DNA from: Utricularia gibba
Taxonomy: Eukaryota; Plantae; Magnoliophyta
Direction: 5' to 3'
NCBI GenBank assembly: GCA_002189035.1
Contig: CM007989.1
Coordinates: 1,922,001-1,986,000, forward strand
Length of the DNA: 64,000 nt
Shown piece by piece: positions 14,100 through 26,724 of this stretch (the first letter of the stretch is position 1; every line of letters starts with the position of its first letter). The position numbers and the translations under genes are program-made. The notes beneath the pieces were generated by a model. The model did not search any database, was not told where the DNA came from, and saw nothing but the letters and a program-made list of their open reading frames with translations.

Positions 14100-14974
14100 A
14101 AGGGGTTTACAGTTTTGTGAGAATAAGTGATTTGTTCCTCAGTAACCTTCTGCCAATGTGGCATATAAGGTTCCGGCTTCAATTGCCAAATGAAAGGATG
14201 CTAATGGAGCTCTCCGAACAAGGCAGCCTAGGGTTGGTTCAGCAAGTTCAGGAAAGCATTTTGGTCAGTACAAGGAGAGCGCGTGTTTCATACACTTCAG
14301 CGAGAACACACTGATTTCCTAAATGGACGGCAGGACAGTTCTTAAACGCTCGAGTCCATTCGTTATACACATCGAGTGAGAGCTGGATTGCTGCTGTATA
14401 TAGTAATCTGGACATCTGTACACTACACCCACTCTGGAATCTTTTTCCCCACAACATACAACACAGTTTATGATGCTTGTGCTAAAGGCATAGTTTGTGC
14501 TGGATGTTTTTGTAAAGCAATAGAAAAGGTTAGTGCAGATAGGCTGCTTGCTGCGGTGCTTCATGTTGTTTTCCTTGAGTTGGATGCAATATATTTTTCC
14601 CTTACATGAAGTGACATTCATTTTGAGGCACAGCTCAAATCACATGTTCCTCTGAATGTCTGTAGATCATCAAATTCAGCACAGGATTTTGACTCGGTTT
14701 CTGAAACAAGCCATGTTGGAAAAGCATTTCCAGTTGTGAAAACTAGCCATTGTGAACCAAACCAACTCTGACCGGTAATGATTATTGGAGCGTTTCCATG
14801 GTAATGCGGCAGAAGGAGCGAAGCGAGGCAGCAGATGAGCCTGGAATTGGAACAAAATTCATCATCCTTCATACCAACATGCACCAGCCCCGTCGTGTTC
14901 GCCGATACGAATTCGTTGAAATGATGGCTTTGATCTAGTCAGTGCCAACGTGTGATCGCCATATTACTGTTAAG

Positions 14975-14985
14975 AGTCAAGTCAA
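14975..14985 (-). promoter_or_regulatory. Tandem W-boxes (TTGACTTGACT) upstream of the NLR
   Basis: AGTCAAGTCAA on the + strand is two overlapping TTGACT motifs about 50 nt upstream of the NLR ATG. A third TTGACT lies at 14689-14694. Confidence 0.6.
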
Positions 14986-15032
14986 ACTGATAGAAAAAAG
15001 GCTGGCTGTCTGTTTTCGCGACACCCCATCCG

Positions 15033-17769
15033 ATGGCCGACGCCGCGGTTGCGTTCCTGCTCCAACAGCTGAAGGATCTGGTAAGCTACCAGATCCAATT
15101 GAGCCGCGCCGCAAAGGGAGAGCTTGAGATGCTGACGAAGGAGTTGGAGATGATGAATGCGATCCTTGAGGACGCCGCCGACAACAAGGCTAAAGGGAAA
15201 GCATTCAGAACTTGGGAGAAGCAGATCCGTGAAGTCGTCTATGAGGCCGATGACTTGATCGATAGCTACGTTATCCAGGAACAGGCGGCGCAGAAACAAA
15301 CATTCAGGTTGAATCCGAAGCGGATTGACTTGGCCGAGAAGATGAAAAACCTCCGAATAAACAGCATCGAACCTATTTTCAAAAGCGCAAAGGGTGATCT
15401 CGCCATACTCCCGCCGTCCCAAACACGAATCAACACCACCAGACAAGTGAGATCATCGGTTCATATAACCTGTATTTTAACGGGATCAAATGAGGTTCAG
15501 CAGGGTGATAAGATCCTTGATGGCTTTTCTGTGTTCTTCTTCCTGTGTGTAGGTTGAACCTCTGCTAGACAAGACTGTTGTGGGATTCGAAGATGCTATA
15601 GAGGAGCTAATCTCAAATCTCCAGGATGATGCTTTTAAAATTGAAGCCATCTCTATAGTTGGCATGCCTGGTCTTGGGAAGACGACCGTAGCCTCCAAGA
15701 TTTTCCGTGACCCCAACATTGATTATGACTTCCCTAAGAAAATATGGGTGAATGTTTCCGAGGAATACAACATAAGGGATGTATATCTATCCATCGTCAA
15801 GAGTTTCACTAATCAAGACTTCTCAAGCTCCTCTGCGCCGGATCTAGCTGTGAAAGCCAGAGAGCATTTGAGTACAGTGAAGTTCCTATTGGTTGTGGAT
15901 GATGTATGGACTGTTGAAGCATGGAATGACATAAAAAAGGCACTGCCTTTAAACAAGGGGTCAGGCAAAGTGCTGATAACAACTCGTATGGACAATGTGG
16001 CCTCCAACGCGAATCCTCATAGAAAGCCCCATCAACTTCGATTTCTCACTCAAGATGAAAGCTGGAAGCTTCTTCAGTTAGAAGTTTACCATGGGGAAGG
16101 TTTGTGGCCTGCAGAACTTGAAACTATTGGGCGAACTATATCAGAAAAGTGTGGTGGACTGCCGCTGGCCTTGGTTGTTATTGGAGGGATTCTGTTGGAC
16201 AAAATCTATCCACCGGAGTCTACAAGGTCTGAATGGGCAGAGGTAGCTCAAAAGTTTGAACATTATCTGTTCACAAATGATACTGAAAAGGAAAAGAACG
16301 TGAGAGATATTATAGCACTATCTTATGATAAGATGCCTTACAGTCTGAGGGGCTGCTTCCTGTATTTGGGTGTGTATCCCAAGGACTTCGAGATTTCTAC
16401 ATGGAAATTGATACGGTTATGGATAGCTGAAGGTTTGATAAAGGAAGAAAACAACAGTGGCCTGAGTTTGGAGGACATTGCAGAGGAGAATCTAAAGCAA
16501 CTGATAAGAAGAAATTTGGTGATGGTTGACAAGAGGAATGCTCAAGGTAAGGTGAAAACTTGTAAAGTACATGACATGATTCGTGAATTTTGCAAGAAAG
16601 AAGCTGGATTTGACCAACTAAATTTCTTGCAAGTGATCTCAAAGTCCATGGAAGGTGGTTTCTCCCCTGAAGTTTCAATGGTTGCTAAGTTTCGTCGAAT
16701 TTGTGTCCATTCTCATTTTCTGGACTTCCTTGAGGAAAAACCTAAAGGTCCTCGTACCCGCTCATTTATTTGCTTCTCAAAGCATGAGACTGATGCACAA
16801 GCAAATTCCTTACCATCTATCGCGGATGCATTTGAACTGCTTAGGGTGTTCGAGGGGAGTTGCATTAAATTCCCAAGGCTGCACATTAAGCTCAAGAACC
16901 TTATCCATTTGCGCTATATCACTTTAACTGGTGGAGACGAGTTCCAAGTTCTCCCTGAATCTATTGTGGCATTGTGCAATCTGCAGACCATCGTGATTGA
17001 TACTTCTTATCATACCTTTGAAATCAAGGCCGACATTTCGGAGATGAAGAAACTGAGGCATGTGAAGTCAAGGGCTGCTATTGTTTTAAATGGGGACAAG
17101 AAAGGTTGGGTGAGTAAGAAATGCTCACCGAGTAAGACTCTCACTCTCAGGACACTTACTAGACTATCTGCTGAATCTTGCAAGGATGAAGTGCTAACTA
17201 AGGTCCCAAACCTCCGAGCATTGGGAATTTGTGGAAATTTGGTCCCCCTTGCCAATTCTAGCTGTTTGGGGAAGCTTTCGTATCTTAAAAAGCTGAAGAT
17301 GATTCAGATGCTTTCTGAGGTGCCAATGCCTTGGCTCCATGCATCACAGTTCCCCCCAAATCTGAAGATTCTGACATTATCAGCAACAAATTTAGATTGG
17401 GGCTACATGAGTACACTAGGGCGTCTTCAGTTAGAGACTCTCATACTGAAAGACAATGCATTCAAGGGAGATGAATGGCAAGTTGGTCCTAATGAATTTG
17501 GTCATCTTTACACTCTGCAGATTGAACGCAGTGATCTCGTAACGTGGACTATCCAAGATGGCTCCCTCCCACAACTCTCATCTCTTTATCTTAATAAATG
17601 TGAGAGACTTGATGCTGTCCCACGCAGTCTAGCAAAAAGCCTTAAAATTTTGGATTTGGGACTGGTCTCTGATTCTGCATCTCGTTCTGCTAAAGAGATC
17701 GAACTGGAAAAGCAGAGGACTCCAGGGGGCAGTGGCTTCAAGGTCACAACTCTTGAAAGAAAAAGGTAA
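15033..17769 (+). CDS. CC-NB-ARC-LRR immune receptor (CNL) with N-terminal MADA-like motif, NRC/R1B-like; 2 exons, ~876 aa
   Basis: Exon 1 (15033-15446) begins MADAAVAFLLQQLKDLV and has the EDVID-like YEADDLID. A phase-0 intron spans 15447-15552. Exon 2 (15553-17769) has P-loop GMPGLGKTT, kinase-2 LLVVDDVW, RNBS-B KVLITTR, GLPLAL, RNBS-D CFLYLGVYP, MHD-type VHD, then LRRs. The ORF is uninterrupted. Confidence 0.95.
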
Positions 17770-18686
17770 GCCAGGCATGCCCTTTTCTATCATTTATCAA
17801 CATCATCATCACACGTGAATAACGCACTGTGGTGGGCACAAAAAAAAAAAAAAAAAAAAAATCGTTCACAGTTCACCACCTTTGAGCAATATTTGCAAAT
17901 GCCTGCAACCAGACTTGCATGTGCGCTGTTCTTTGCTGGCTCATTCATTCATCTGTGAGACACTATCACTTTCAGATTTTGATGTGTGCATCTTTACTTG
18001 TGACCTTGTGAGATGATCTTGATGTTAGACCCATTCTTGAAACTATTTCTTTTCAGATTACTCACACGCTCTTCAAAATAATCAATCATCTTGCTCTTTT
18101 CCATCCCCACTTAAATCAAAAGGTGAAAGCTTTCCTACATTTAAAGTGGATGCTGTGTCAAAGTTCATTTTTGCAGTAACACCATTTCTGCCCCTTGAAC
18201 AAGTGTATTCATTTAAAACAATTCTTCCAAATGATTCATTTCCCACCAACATACTGTTTGTTTGGTTGGGGGATCATTTTCAAACAAATATATCATGTAA
18301 AAAATCAAAATCTATCACATTTACAAATATTAATTAAATTAAATATTAAATATTGTATTTTATTTGAAACAAGGTTTGGGGCGCCTGGAGCGTGCGCGTG
18401 TATGTTGTCGGGGTATGCCACGCCGTATCCGATTCTATCTCATTCCACAGCGTCCAACATTATACCCAAAGTAGTGGTTGAGATCTGGGGTGGGGCCCAC
18501 TCCGCTCCACCGTTCTGAGTTCCGCACAGGACAACAAGGACCCCGGCGGGACACGTAAACGAATTGGGTCCGTGCGTTTCATGGAACTCATCTTCTTTCT
18601 CCGGGTCTGCACTGCAGTTTCCCTCCCTCCCCACCCACGCGCCTTGCTTTTCTCGGATCCCCTTCCTTTGTTCTCGTCTTTGGGAA

Positions 18687-21600
18687 ATGTCTGGTCTCGC
18701 TGCGGCTGGCTTCGTCTTGGAGGGGATCTCCGATGTTCTGGAATTCCCGCGGGTTCGTTTCCCTCTTGTCTTGACTGCGTCTGCGGACTGGACTCGTGAT
18801 TGGGCGCTTGGTTTTTGTATATTCTGTGCTGCAGGAGAATGTGGGGGAAGAATCGTCACTGACGCGGGATAGGTGGTACAGTCATCTCCGCGATCTCATG
18901 AAGAATGGGAATAAGGCGTTCCGCGAGGGGAAGTTGGACTTGGTCAGCTACTTGCCACACTTTGGTGTTTTATTTTATTTTGGTTCCGTTCCTCCCTGGA
19001 TTATTGCTGATGGGGTAGAGATGATTGCGCGCATGGCTATATGAAATTTGTGGAAATGAATAAACTTTGTGCCAGTGTGGGGCATTATAGAGCGCCTAAT
19101 TCGCGGTGTGAGATTGAATTTGACAACTGCGTCTATTCTGCTTCAAATTGAGAATGGCTGTGCGTGTGCTGTAGAACTTTGTGATTACTACTCGTTTGAG
19201 TTATAGGAAGTTCTCGTTCCCTTTTCAGGCTATCGACTTTTATTCGAAGGCTAACGACATCAAACCAGGTGATCCTATCATTCTTAGTAATCGGTGTACT
19301 GCATATCTTCGGTGAGCAATTCAAAAACCATATGATTCCCGAGTCTTCATGTGTGTTTCTCGTTGATTTCACATTTCCATTTTCTATGCTACGCCCAGGA
19401 TTTGCCACTTCCTAATGCACAGGCCTTCGTCTGCATCAGAGTACAGACCACTGAATGGATTGGATCCCACTTCGCATGCTGGGGTATCATAATTTATCTT
19501 ATAGCGTTTCTTTTATCCCATCCTTTTTTTTCTCGAGTGTTTTAATTTCAACTTTGATTTCTTTTATTCCTGATTACAGCTTGCACTTAAGGATGCGGAG
19601 AAAGTTATGAGCTTTCAAAGGGATTCTGTGATGTCTTATATTCTTAAGGCAAATGCACTTATCCTGGTGAGCCTCAGTTTCACTATAATATTGTTAATTT
19701 ATGAGATGCAATCTATGATTCCCGAGAATTGGGTTGAAAGTGTTTGAGATGTGGTTATTAGTATATTGCTTAGTTTTAATGTTGATCGATACAAGGTTTA
19801 ATCTGTGTTAATTTTTTAATATTTGGTAATTATCTAACTTACATGGAGTCTTTATTTATGATACTTCTTGGTGCTTTTGGCAGCTGGAAAAGTATACACT
19901 AGCCTGGGACATTATTTCTGCAGGATTAGAGATTGATCCACTCAAGTATCCAGAGCTTCATGTTAATTCAAAGCTCTTATTTTATTCAGTTTTTCGTACT
20001 ACTATCCTAGCAACCTCTTTTCTATTTCTCAGTGACCCTCTTTTGAAACTGAAGAAGTTTGTTGGCCATAATTTTTTGGAGCGAAGGAATCTCAAGCCAC
20101 TGCGCACTGATGACTTTGACTGTACTCTTTGCCTTAAACTATTGTATGAACCTGTCACTACTCCCTGTGGACATTCTTTCTGCCGGTCATGCCTGTTGCA
20201 GTCAATGGACAGAGGTGTACTGGCGTCTTATTTACCCCTAGTCTCTATCAAATATACAATTCTCCATCCTTCATGCACATTTTAAATATTCCATTCCAAT
20301 GAAAATCACAGGAAATAGATGCCCATTATGCCGTACAGTTCTCCTGATTAGTTCACGAACATGCTCAGTCAGGTAAGTATCCAAGTCACGTGGATTTTAT
20401 CAACAACTACCTTGTATTTCTTTCATGTGAAGACATTTTTGTTAAATATAACTTTCAGTGTGACATTGAACAATATAATTGAGAAGAGCTTCCCCGATGA
20501 ATTTGCTGAAAGGAAAGCTGAGCATGAAAGCTTGAAAAATCCCGGTGTTCATTTGTTGCCCCTGTTTGTCATGGATGTTATTCTACCCTGCCAAAAGCTC
20601 CAACTAAACATATTTGAACCTCGATACAGGCTTATGGTAAGACAATCAAACCTTCTTGGGGTAGATTATTCTTTCAGAAAGGAAAGATATGCTTTATTTT
20701 TTTCTAGATCAGGGTGTGGTGTGAGTCACATCTTTTGTTAGCTGTTAATTGTTTTGCTTTTTATCTATTATATAATCTTTGAAGTTATGTTTTTTGCTTG
20801 TCCATTCTGAAATTTTCTTGCATCTGGGCCATACTTGTGTATGGAGTATTCAACTTACTGAACCAATCTTTTTGCGGGAGATTTTGATTCATATGATTAG
20901 TGTTGTAATTGCTTCTGTATATTTATCTTTTGTGAGTCATTGGATGTAAATAGTTCATGATGTAATAGAACCGTATTTTTCTTTCCTGAATTCAAATCCC
21001 CCTGAGTAATGCCCTATTGCAAATGTTGATTGCATTGTTATCCCATGTATGAAATGGGTACATTTTCATATACTTCTGATTTGATTGTTTTCACTTTCAT
21101 GTTTTTTTTTTCTATCTTACTGTAATATTCATCTCTATTTTAAAAGGTAAGGAGAATAATGGAAGGAAGTCGGCGGATGGGAATGGTGAGTTGGATTACG
21201 TGAATGCTATTGGTTAATTGCTGTGTCTGACATATTTCTTGATTTTGCAATTTTTATAATGCTCTTATCCTCCTCTGTGTCCTCTATTTTGTACAGGCTG
21301 CTGTTGATTCATCTACGGGATTAATTGCTGACTATGCCTGTGAGGTTGAAATTACAGAGTAGGTGGCTGGTTATTTCATTTAGCATCTTAATATGTTAGT
21401 CAAAAAAATTCAGTATGTTGGTCACATTGGGACATAGATCTTGCCTTCATTACCTTTTTAATGCAGCTGTGAACCTCTTGCGGATGGTCGCTTCATTTTG
21501 GAGGTATATCAATACGGAGCTCTACTTGGTTATCTTCTGCTTCATTTCTTTCCACAGAATTTATGAAGCATTCTTAAGAACATGAAGTTGGAAATACCCT

Positions 21601-22519
21601 CCTATTCAGATGTGCTGTTGTTTCCGTCCATTATCTCTGAATCAAATTTATTGTGTTTTAGAGCTTAGAAACCTCTTTTTCTTTTCAGATTGAAAGTAGG
21701 AGGAGATGTCGCATTATCCAACATTGGGAACAAGATGGGTGAGTTTCAAGAAATTTTATATTGAACGTGGCATGATTTTCTCCATCCTCAACCTGGATGG
21801 AAGAAGGCATGTGCCGTTTTCATCATTGCTGTTTTTTGAGCTTCTTCACTACTGTGTTTTTTTTTTTCATTATATCATTTAAAGGTATCGCATATCTGAG
21901 GTTGAGTGGGTGCGCGACATAAGTTCACCTCAGGGCACAATTGAGGAAAGTGAAGTAAATACGATTTTCAAGTTTCTCTACCCCTATGAACTTCAAATTC
22001 TTAAAAAATGATCGGTGTAGAGGGGATTATCGTAGGACAATCTATCACCATTAAAATAGCATTCGCTTTTAATCTTCTGTAATGTTTTCAGCTACTGGAG
22101 ATGTGTCAGAAAGCTGCAGAGTTTGCTCGTCACTGGATAAAAGAGGCACAAGATGCTGCACAAGGAGGTTCTTATCAGCTCACTCTAGAAATTCTCAGAA
22201 GCCCTCTCTGCAATTATGTTTGGTTTTGTTTCATTTGCATCTAAAATAAATTTATCCGTAGATAGAGCAAGGCTTGCTACGCTTTTCATAGCTGAAGGAT
22301 TAATGCCCCCCACAAACGACCCTGAGAGCTTCAGTTTTTGGGTAATGATTCTATAAGCTTCGTGCATGCATGATGCAAAAGTCACCATGATGTAGTACAA
22401 CTTTACACTGAATTTTTGGGTTGCAGCTGGTAACACTGACGAATCGAAGGCCATCAGATAGACTAGATCTCCTTCGAATTCGAGATACCAGAGAGGTAAA
22501 TCATATGCTTGTCCATCTT

Positions 22520-22552
<33 letters not shown>

Positions 22553-22937
22553 TCTGAATGTGTTTGTGTTTAAATTGTAAAATATGTGTGAGATTCAAAA
22601 AAAAAAAAAATCTGGTTTGAACTTCTGTTGCTAAACAAGGTTCATTATTCTAGCGTTATCAGTATTTTTTTACGTTGTCTATTTATGAATGTGGCTGATA
22701 GGCGTATTGGTTTAGTTCTTGGCGAGGTTTGTTAGTTAATCTTCCATGAACCATGTATGTGAATGATGGTTTACGATATAAGATTTATGAGCCTACTCCA
22801 TACTAATGTATAGGGATTAGAAAGTGGATGAAGAACTTAACCTACCATTGTTTTTGTTTTTTCATGCAATTCATGTGCAGCGGATCAGGCGAGGCCTTCT
22901 TTATATGAAAGCAGATGGACGATGCAGAATGCAGTAA
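18687..22937 (+). CDS. TPR + C3HC4 RING + LON substrate-binding domain protein (LONRF-like E3 ligase), ~17 exons
   Basis: Starts MSGLAAAGFVLEG at 18687. Contains TPR-like exons (GNKAFREG, AIDFYSKA), RING CTLCLKLLYEPVTTPCGHSFCRSC...CPLCR, and LON_N motifs LPLFVMDV, LNIFEPRYRLM and DGRFILE. The last exon, 22881-22937, encodes RIRRGLLYMKADGRCRMQ*. The frame is intact. Confidence 0.9.
22521..22551 (+). repeat. Poly-T homopolymer (31 nt) in the last intron of the LON-RING gene
   Basis: Read directly from the sequence; an A14 run follows at 22597-22610. Confidence 0.85.
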
Positions 22938-23602
22938 TTACATGTCCGACAGACAAATATATCGCACACATGCTTCATTCAATTATGACTGAAAGAACTT
23001 GTCTTGATTCACAGTGCAGCAGCAGCTGCGGTTTCATAGATTTTGGATGCATGTTATACACAGTTACTTTATACCCAACTTTGTATAGTCGAAGCATTTC
23101 TACTTCCAGACGATGCTTACTCCGGAATGGATTCGCGGGTGTTTGCATTAACACGAAGCTGGGCAGGGGAGTCCCATTGCTGGTTGAAAAATAAGATTCT
23201 TTCGATTGAGCGCCAACAGTAAGTTATCACATTCCAATCTATGACTTGAAATAGGAAGAGGGATTCAGCTGGTGGTCCATCGAACCCTTTTTCTTTGGAA
23301 GACAATGAACACAATACACGTATCAGGCCTGATTTGTTAGTGGATATCAAATGATCGATTACAAGTGTCCTAAAGGGTGGACAAAGACGTGGTGGAATAA
23401 GATACTAAATGATGATACCTACTAAGAAGCAGCAATGAGGACTCCACAACTGTTGGATTCTCCTCTTCACTCCGAGGAAAATTTGCAGCGTTTCTGATGG
23501 CTGCCCAAGGAACAAGTTTACCAAGTAGAAGCAATGCAAACAAACTGTGAAGCTTTAGTGTAGTACCAGTGAGTACCTTTTTGACATGGGAGTGCAGAAG
23601 TT

Positions 23603-26360
23603 TTACGACTGGCACAATGAAGCATCATCATCAGGTGAAAGATCAGCAGGATCTTCATCTTCTGATTCTTCCTCATCTTCTGGTGAAGCAGGTTGATCAC
23701 ACGGATCGACATGAGCACTGCCACCTTTCCTCACGAACTGACCTCTCACTCGAGGCCGGCGTTCTGCAAGTTTTTTCCGGTTTACATACCTAATCTTTTT
23801 GTCGAAGCATCTCTCCTTTCGCTTCTGTCTGAACTTGATCAAGGCTGCCTCTCTTCGATCAACTTTCTTCAGTTGTCCCTTGTGGGAGTTGGGATTTTCA
23901 ACCGCCGGCCCTGGATGCTGCAAAGGTGGCTGCAAGCAGGCACCATAGGGATAGTATGTATATGCCGGCATCCCCACCATCTGAGGGGGCACTGTGGAAT
24001 GCGTGCATACTGAGGAGGTAACATGGCAGAGTTTGCATGGCTCTGCACATAAGGTGGCATGTTGTAATGATTAATCATCCCTGGAAAATGATAAGGATAG
24101 GCACCATGCATAAAACCAGTAGCATCATTTCGAGGAGGGCAGTTTCTTATATGTGCATGCTCTTGAGGAAGATCTGGTGAGTTTCCCTGCTGAGAAATAT
24201 CCATTGAGCAAGGCGGAGTGCTAGACCTCTCAAGCGAAAAGGATTCAGGAACACTATTTGAGCCCGGGTGGTTGTCTGGGGAACGGCTTCCAACTTCTGG
24301 TATTTGTTTGGGCAGGCCACTAGAGTCCCTGGTTACCATATCCTCGACCATTTTCATACTTCCAGGTGTGCTTTCATGAATAGAAGCTCCATTGTCGTCA
24401 CTTTTGGAAGCGACAGACTTTATGTAGGTGAAAAAAGCCGAAGACTCACCTATCTTCAGTTCACTCTTTTTTGGAAAAGATGGTATTTGCCCTGGAAGTA
24501 TTACAACACATAATTCATGGGATGAACACCATACACGATGTGGAAATGGACCAGCAAATTATCCTCGACTAGACAATGGAGTTCCTCAACTTTAGAAAGA
24601 GAAATAACTTATAACAGAACTAGAATCAAAAGGGAATCCATAAACAAAAAAAGAAAAATCAAAGGATGCTGTTATTTAACAGCGGCAAAAAAACAAAAAA
24701 CCAGATTCAAGTAGTACGATGAAGTGCATAAATCACACACACAGAAGGTTAAACTGGTTAAAGTTATGCAGAAACATTTTATCATTCATCTAAAATAATT
24801 GGAGATAGAGAGCCGTTCACCTGTCCGTCTAATGCTTATTCCTGGCACATCAGGAGGATGCTCAGGAGCGACATCTGTATTAGCTACCGTAGCAAATCCT
24901 GAGGCGTTCATCTGAACAGAAATCCAAAGGATTTTTTAGGCCACTCACAAGGGCTAGTTTCAGCAGGCTAATTTATCTACTTCTTTGCTCTCTTTCCTTT
25001 TCAAAATTATAATCTGCTACTGTCTGATTTTTTTTTTTTTTTTTGGAAGCTTTCAGAATTAAGAAAAAAGAACTCACGTCATCTTCCTGGTGGGCTGAAA
25101 CGCCTGGCTCAGGGTTATTCTTTCTAGACTTTTCATCGGTGTCATCTGAAAATATAGTAGTGCTGTTTGTTTTGCCATCACTATGGTCCGAAGCAACCAT
25201 ATCAAAATCATAGTTTACGATATTCTTCTCCACAAGTCCAAGCTGCCAAGAAAAATAAGTAGAGATGAATGGAGGAACTGGAGTAATAAATTTTAAATTA
25301 AGGCTGGAGTGATAAAGCTTGAATGCAATAATTAAGGCTGGAAACATATGAATGCAATGCAAACACAGCTTATCTCGAAGAAGCAATCTACTGTTACAAT
25401 CAGGCATTCAAGTTCCTCTTACTCCAACTAGGATTTTCTATGCTTCGTAAAAATTTATCCTAGAATATCAAAGAGACAAAGGAAAAACACATGTTTAAGA
25501 ATAAAAAGGGATAAGGAAAGGGAGTGTACCAGCCTTCTTCTCCTCCACATGTGAGTCCACAAGTTTAACAGTTCATTTGTTCGTAATGGTTTCACAAGAT
25601 AGTCAGCAGCTCCAAGTTTCAAACACTTGACAACAATAGGTACATCATCTTGAGCTGACATCACTATTTAACCAAAGATGACAACAAGCGATCAAGGTAT
25701 GTTCCAAGCACCTACGATATGAAGATGAGCAAAACATATGATACTCACTGATCACGGGTACACGACGTAACCCCTTGTCCCTTGCAATGTATTTCAGCAT
25801 CTTCAGTCCTTTTGACATTGGCAAGTCAACTTCGGAAAGAATGATGTCTATATCAGGCCCCTCAGCGTTAAGTGCATCAATCACCTGCCTTGGAGACTTC
25901 ACAGAGGTTACTGGAACAAAAGGGCCACTACGAATTAGTACATGGACAACGTGCATATGCAACACACGACTTATTTTTTCTTGATGCAAATCAACGGTGT
26001 TTCTCATCCTTAATCTTCACTCCAATTTTCAAGATCTTACAATTACCTATAATCATTTACAAGTAAAGAGATCCCAAAGCATGCAAACCTCGCTTTTTTT
26101 TCCCTCTACAAATGATAGTTCCTTTCCGTAATAAAACCCTTTTCAAAGTGATATAAACAATTAGAAATGAAATAACCAGTTCATGAAAAAACAGAAAGGT
26201 GTCTACTGAACACCAGGAAAATCGCACCTTGATACGAACATCTGCAGAGAAGTGTAAAGACCTCCTCAGAACTTTTCTCATCATTATCACACAACAGAAT
26301 CCTCACTCTACTCCGATCAATGAACCCATCAGCACCTTTCCCCAACTCACTCTTCTCCAT
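23603..26360 (-). CDS. TOC1: Pseudo-response regulator TOC1/PRR1 (pseudo-receiver + CCT); one apparent frameshift at 23985-23989
   Basis: ATG at 26360. Motifs: FIDRSRVRILLCDND, DIDIILSEVDLP, LKLGAADYLVKPLRTNELLNLWTHMWRRRR, PKKSELKIGESSAFFTY, and CCT REAALIKFRQKRKERCFDKKIRYVNRKKLAERRPRVRGQFVR. Six exons. Confidence 0.96.
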
Positions 26361-26661
26361 CACCCAAAGAAAACTCCCAAAACACAGAATCAAAGCAAAG
26401 TATAAGCCTCCCTTTTCAACGGCACAATCCCCAACCTAAACAAACCACAGAGCAGAAGCCAGAATGCCTCGTGACTCAGCCCACAGGACATCCCCCAATC
26501 CCGGAATCAAAGTTCAACCCACATCGAACCAGCAGCGCAAAAGTGTAAAAAATCTACAAAAAGATCAGCCCCGAGAATCAAAGCAAAAAAGCGAAGATGT
26601 TTTGCAATTGCCGCGCGTTGGGCCGTTGAGATTGGGAAGGGACGGTAGAGATACGCCGAAT

Positions 26662-26724
26662 GGGTGACGTGGTGGGGTGTGCAGGATATTTGGCTTCAGA
26701 GAAACAGAGTGCGCCACGTCACCC
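26662..26724. promoter_or_regulatory. TOC1 upstream element: inverted pair of Hex/ACGT motifs flanking an evening-element-like site
   Basis: GGGTGACGTGG at 26662-26672 and CCACGTCACCC at 26714-26724 form a perfect 11-bp inverted repeat. CAAATATCC lies between them on the minus strand (26684-26692). Confidence 0.55.

Noticed and set aside
14117-14900. Several 60-100-aa ORFs on both strands between the formin and the NLR (e.g. 14319-14621, 14618-14884)
   Set aside because: No recognisable motif, splice pattern or NLR-sensor fragment; most likely formin 3' UTR and NLR promoter.
17840-17861. A22 tract ~70 nt after the NLR stop, suggesting a retrocopy
   Set aside because: The NLR retains an intron (15447-15552) and no target-site duplication is visible; similar A/T homopolymers are common throughout the window.
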